Origin: the human T2T-CHM13v2.0 reference genome, Homo sapiens
Assembly: GCF_009914755.1 (NCBI RefSeq)
Contig: NC_060944.1
DNA length: 64,000 bases
Strand: one strand, 5' to 3'
The notes below the pieces were generated by a model. It searched no databases. It was not told the DNA's origin and saw only the letters and a program-made list of their open reading frames with translations. Below are positions 63,272-64,000 of this stretch, piece after piece. Position 1 is the first letter of the stretch. Each line of letters begins with the position of its first letter. Position numbers and translations under genes: made by a program.

Positions 63272-64000
63272 GCCTCAAAGAGCTCTACATATACATTTGC
63301 AGATTCTACAAAAAGAATGTTTCAAAACTTCTCTATGTAAGGGAATATTCGACTCTGCGAGTTGAATGCAAATATCACAAAGAAGTTTCTCAGAATGCTT
63401 CTGTCTAGTTTTTATGTGAAGATGTTCCTTTTTCCACCATAGGCCTCAAAGGGCTCCATTTGTCCACGTGCAGATTCTACAAAAAGAGAGTTTCAAAGCG
63501 CCACAATCAAAGGAAAGTTTTAACTCTGTGAGATGAATGCACACATCACAAAGAAGTTTCTCAGATTGCTTTTGTCTAGATTTTATGTGAAAATAATTCC
63601 TTTTCTACCACAGGCCCCAAAGCATTCCAAGTGTCCACTTACAGTTTCTAGAAAAAGAGTTTTTCCAAACTGCTCAATGAAAAGAAAGGTTCAACTCTGT
63701 TAGATGAATGCACACATCACAAAGAAGTTTCTCAGAATTCTTCTGTCTAGTTTTTACGTGAAGATACTTCCTTTTCCACCATAAGCCTTTAACCGCCCCA
63801 AAAGTCCACGTGCAGATTCTACAAAAAGAGAGTTTAAAAACTGCTCAATCAGAAGAAAGTTTTAACTCTGTGAGATGAATGCACACATCACAAAGTAGTT
63901 TCTCAGATAGCTTCTGTCTAGATTTTATGTGAAGATATTTCCTTTTCTGCCATAGGCCACAAAGGGCTCCAAATGTCCACTTGCATATTCTACAAAAAGA

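Larger units (their letters stand above)
62655..64000. repeat. Divergent non-HOR (monomeric) alpha satellite, ~8 monomers, same orientation as the array
   Basis: 171-bp periodicity persists, but the M1-M8 order is not repeated and there are many private substitutions. Confidence 0.95.

Noticed and set aside
32737-63340. Short ORFs with near-identical translations (e.g. FQNCSIIGKVQLCELNAHNTKKFLRMLLSSFYVKIFPF), resembling a gene family
   Set aside because: They are translations of alpha-satellite monomers, opened by sporadic loss of a stop codon. Many start at non-ATG codons, and there is no gene context.
1-64000. Inversion or strand switch within the satellite
   Set aside because: All monomers read in the same orientation on both sides of the L1; the only inversion seen is inside the L1.

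Overview
The window is primate (most likely human) centromeric/pericentromeric alpha satellite. It contains no credible protein-coding gene: every ORF in the track is a chance reading frame through 171-bp monomers or L1 sequence. Bases 1 to ~62,100 are one head-to-tail array of an 8-monomer higher-order repeat (HOR, 1,367 bp). Its monomers carry the A-type pJalpha-box motif; I saw no CENP-B box in the array. For reference I label the monomers M1-M8. The array has two domains. A regular core (1 to ~41,250) has an almost exact 1,367-bp period with nested 4,101-bp (3-HOR) and 5,468-bp (4-HOR) block duplications. A distal domain (~41,250-62,100) has a different SNV haplotype and many structural variants (4-, 5-, 6-, 7-, 10-, 11- and 12-mers). 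The HOR ends at ~62,100. About 90 bp later a short 5'-truncated, 5'-inverted L1 (L1PA2/L1PA3-like, twin-priming structure, 14-bp TSD) interrupts a non-HOR monomer. Divergent monomeric alpha satellite follows; it holds the only CENP-B box I found and then switches monomer type and shows a 342-bp dimer periodicity. I found no evidence of a novel gene system. The interest lies in the legible evolutionary record of an HOR array edge. All coordinates were counted by eye and may be off by a few bases.
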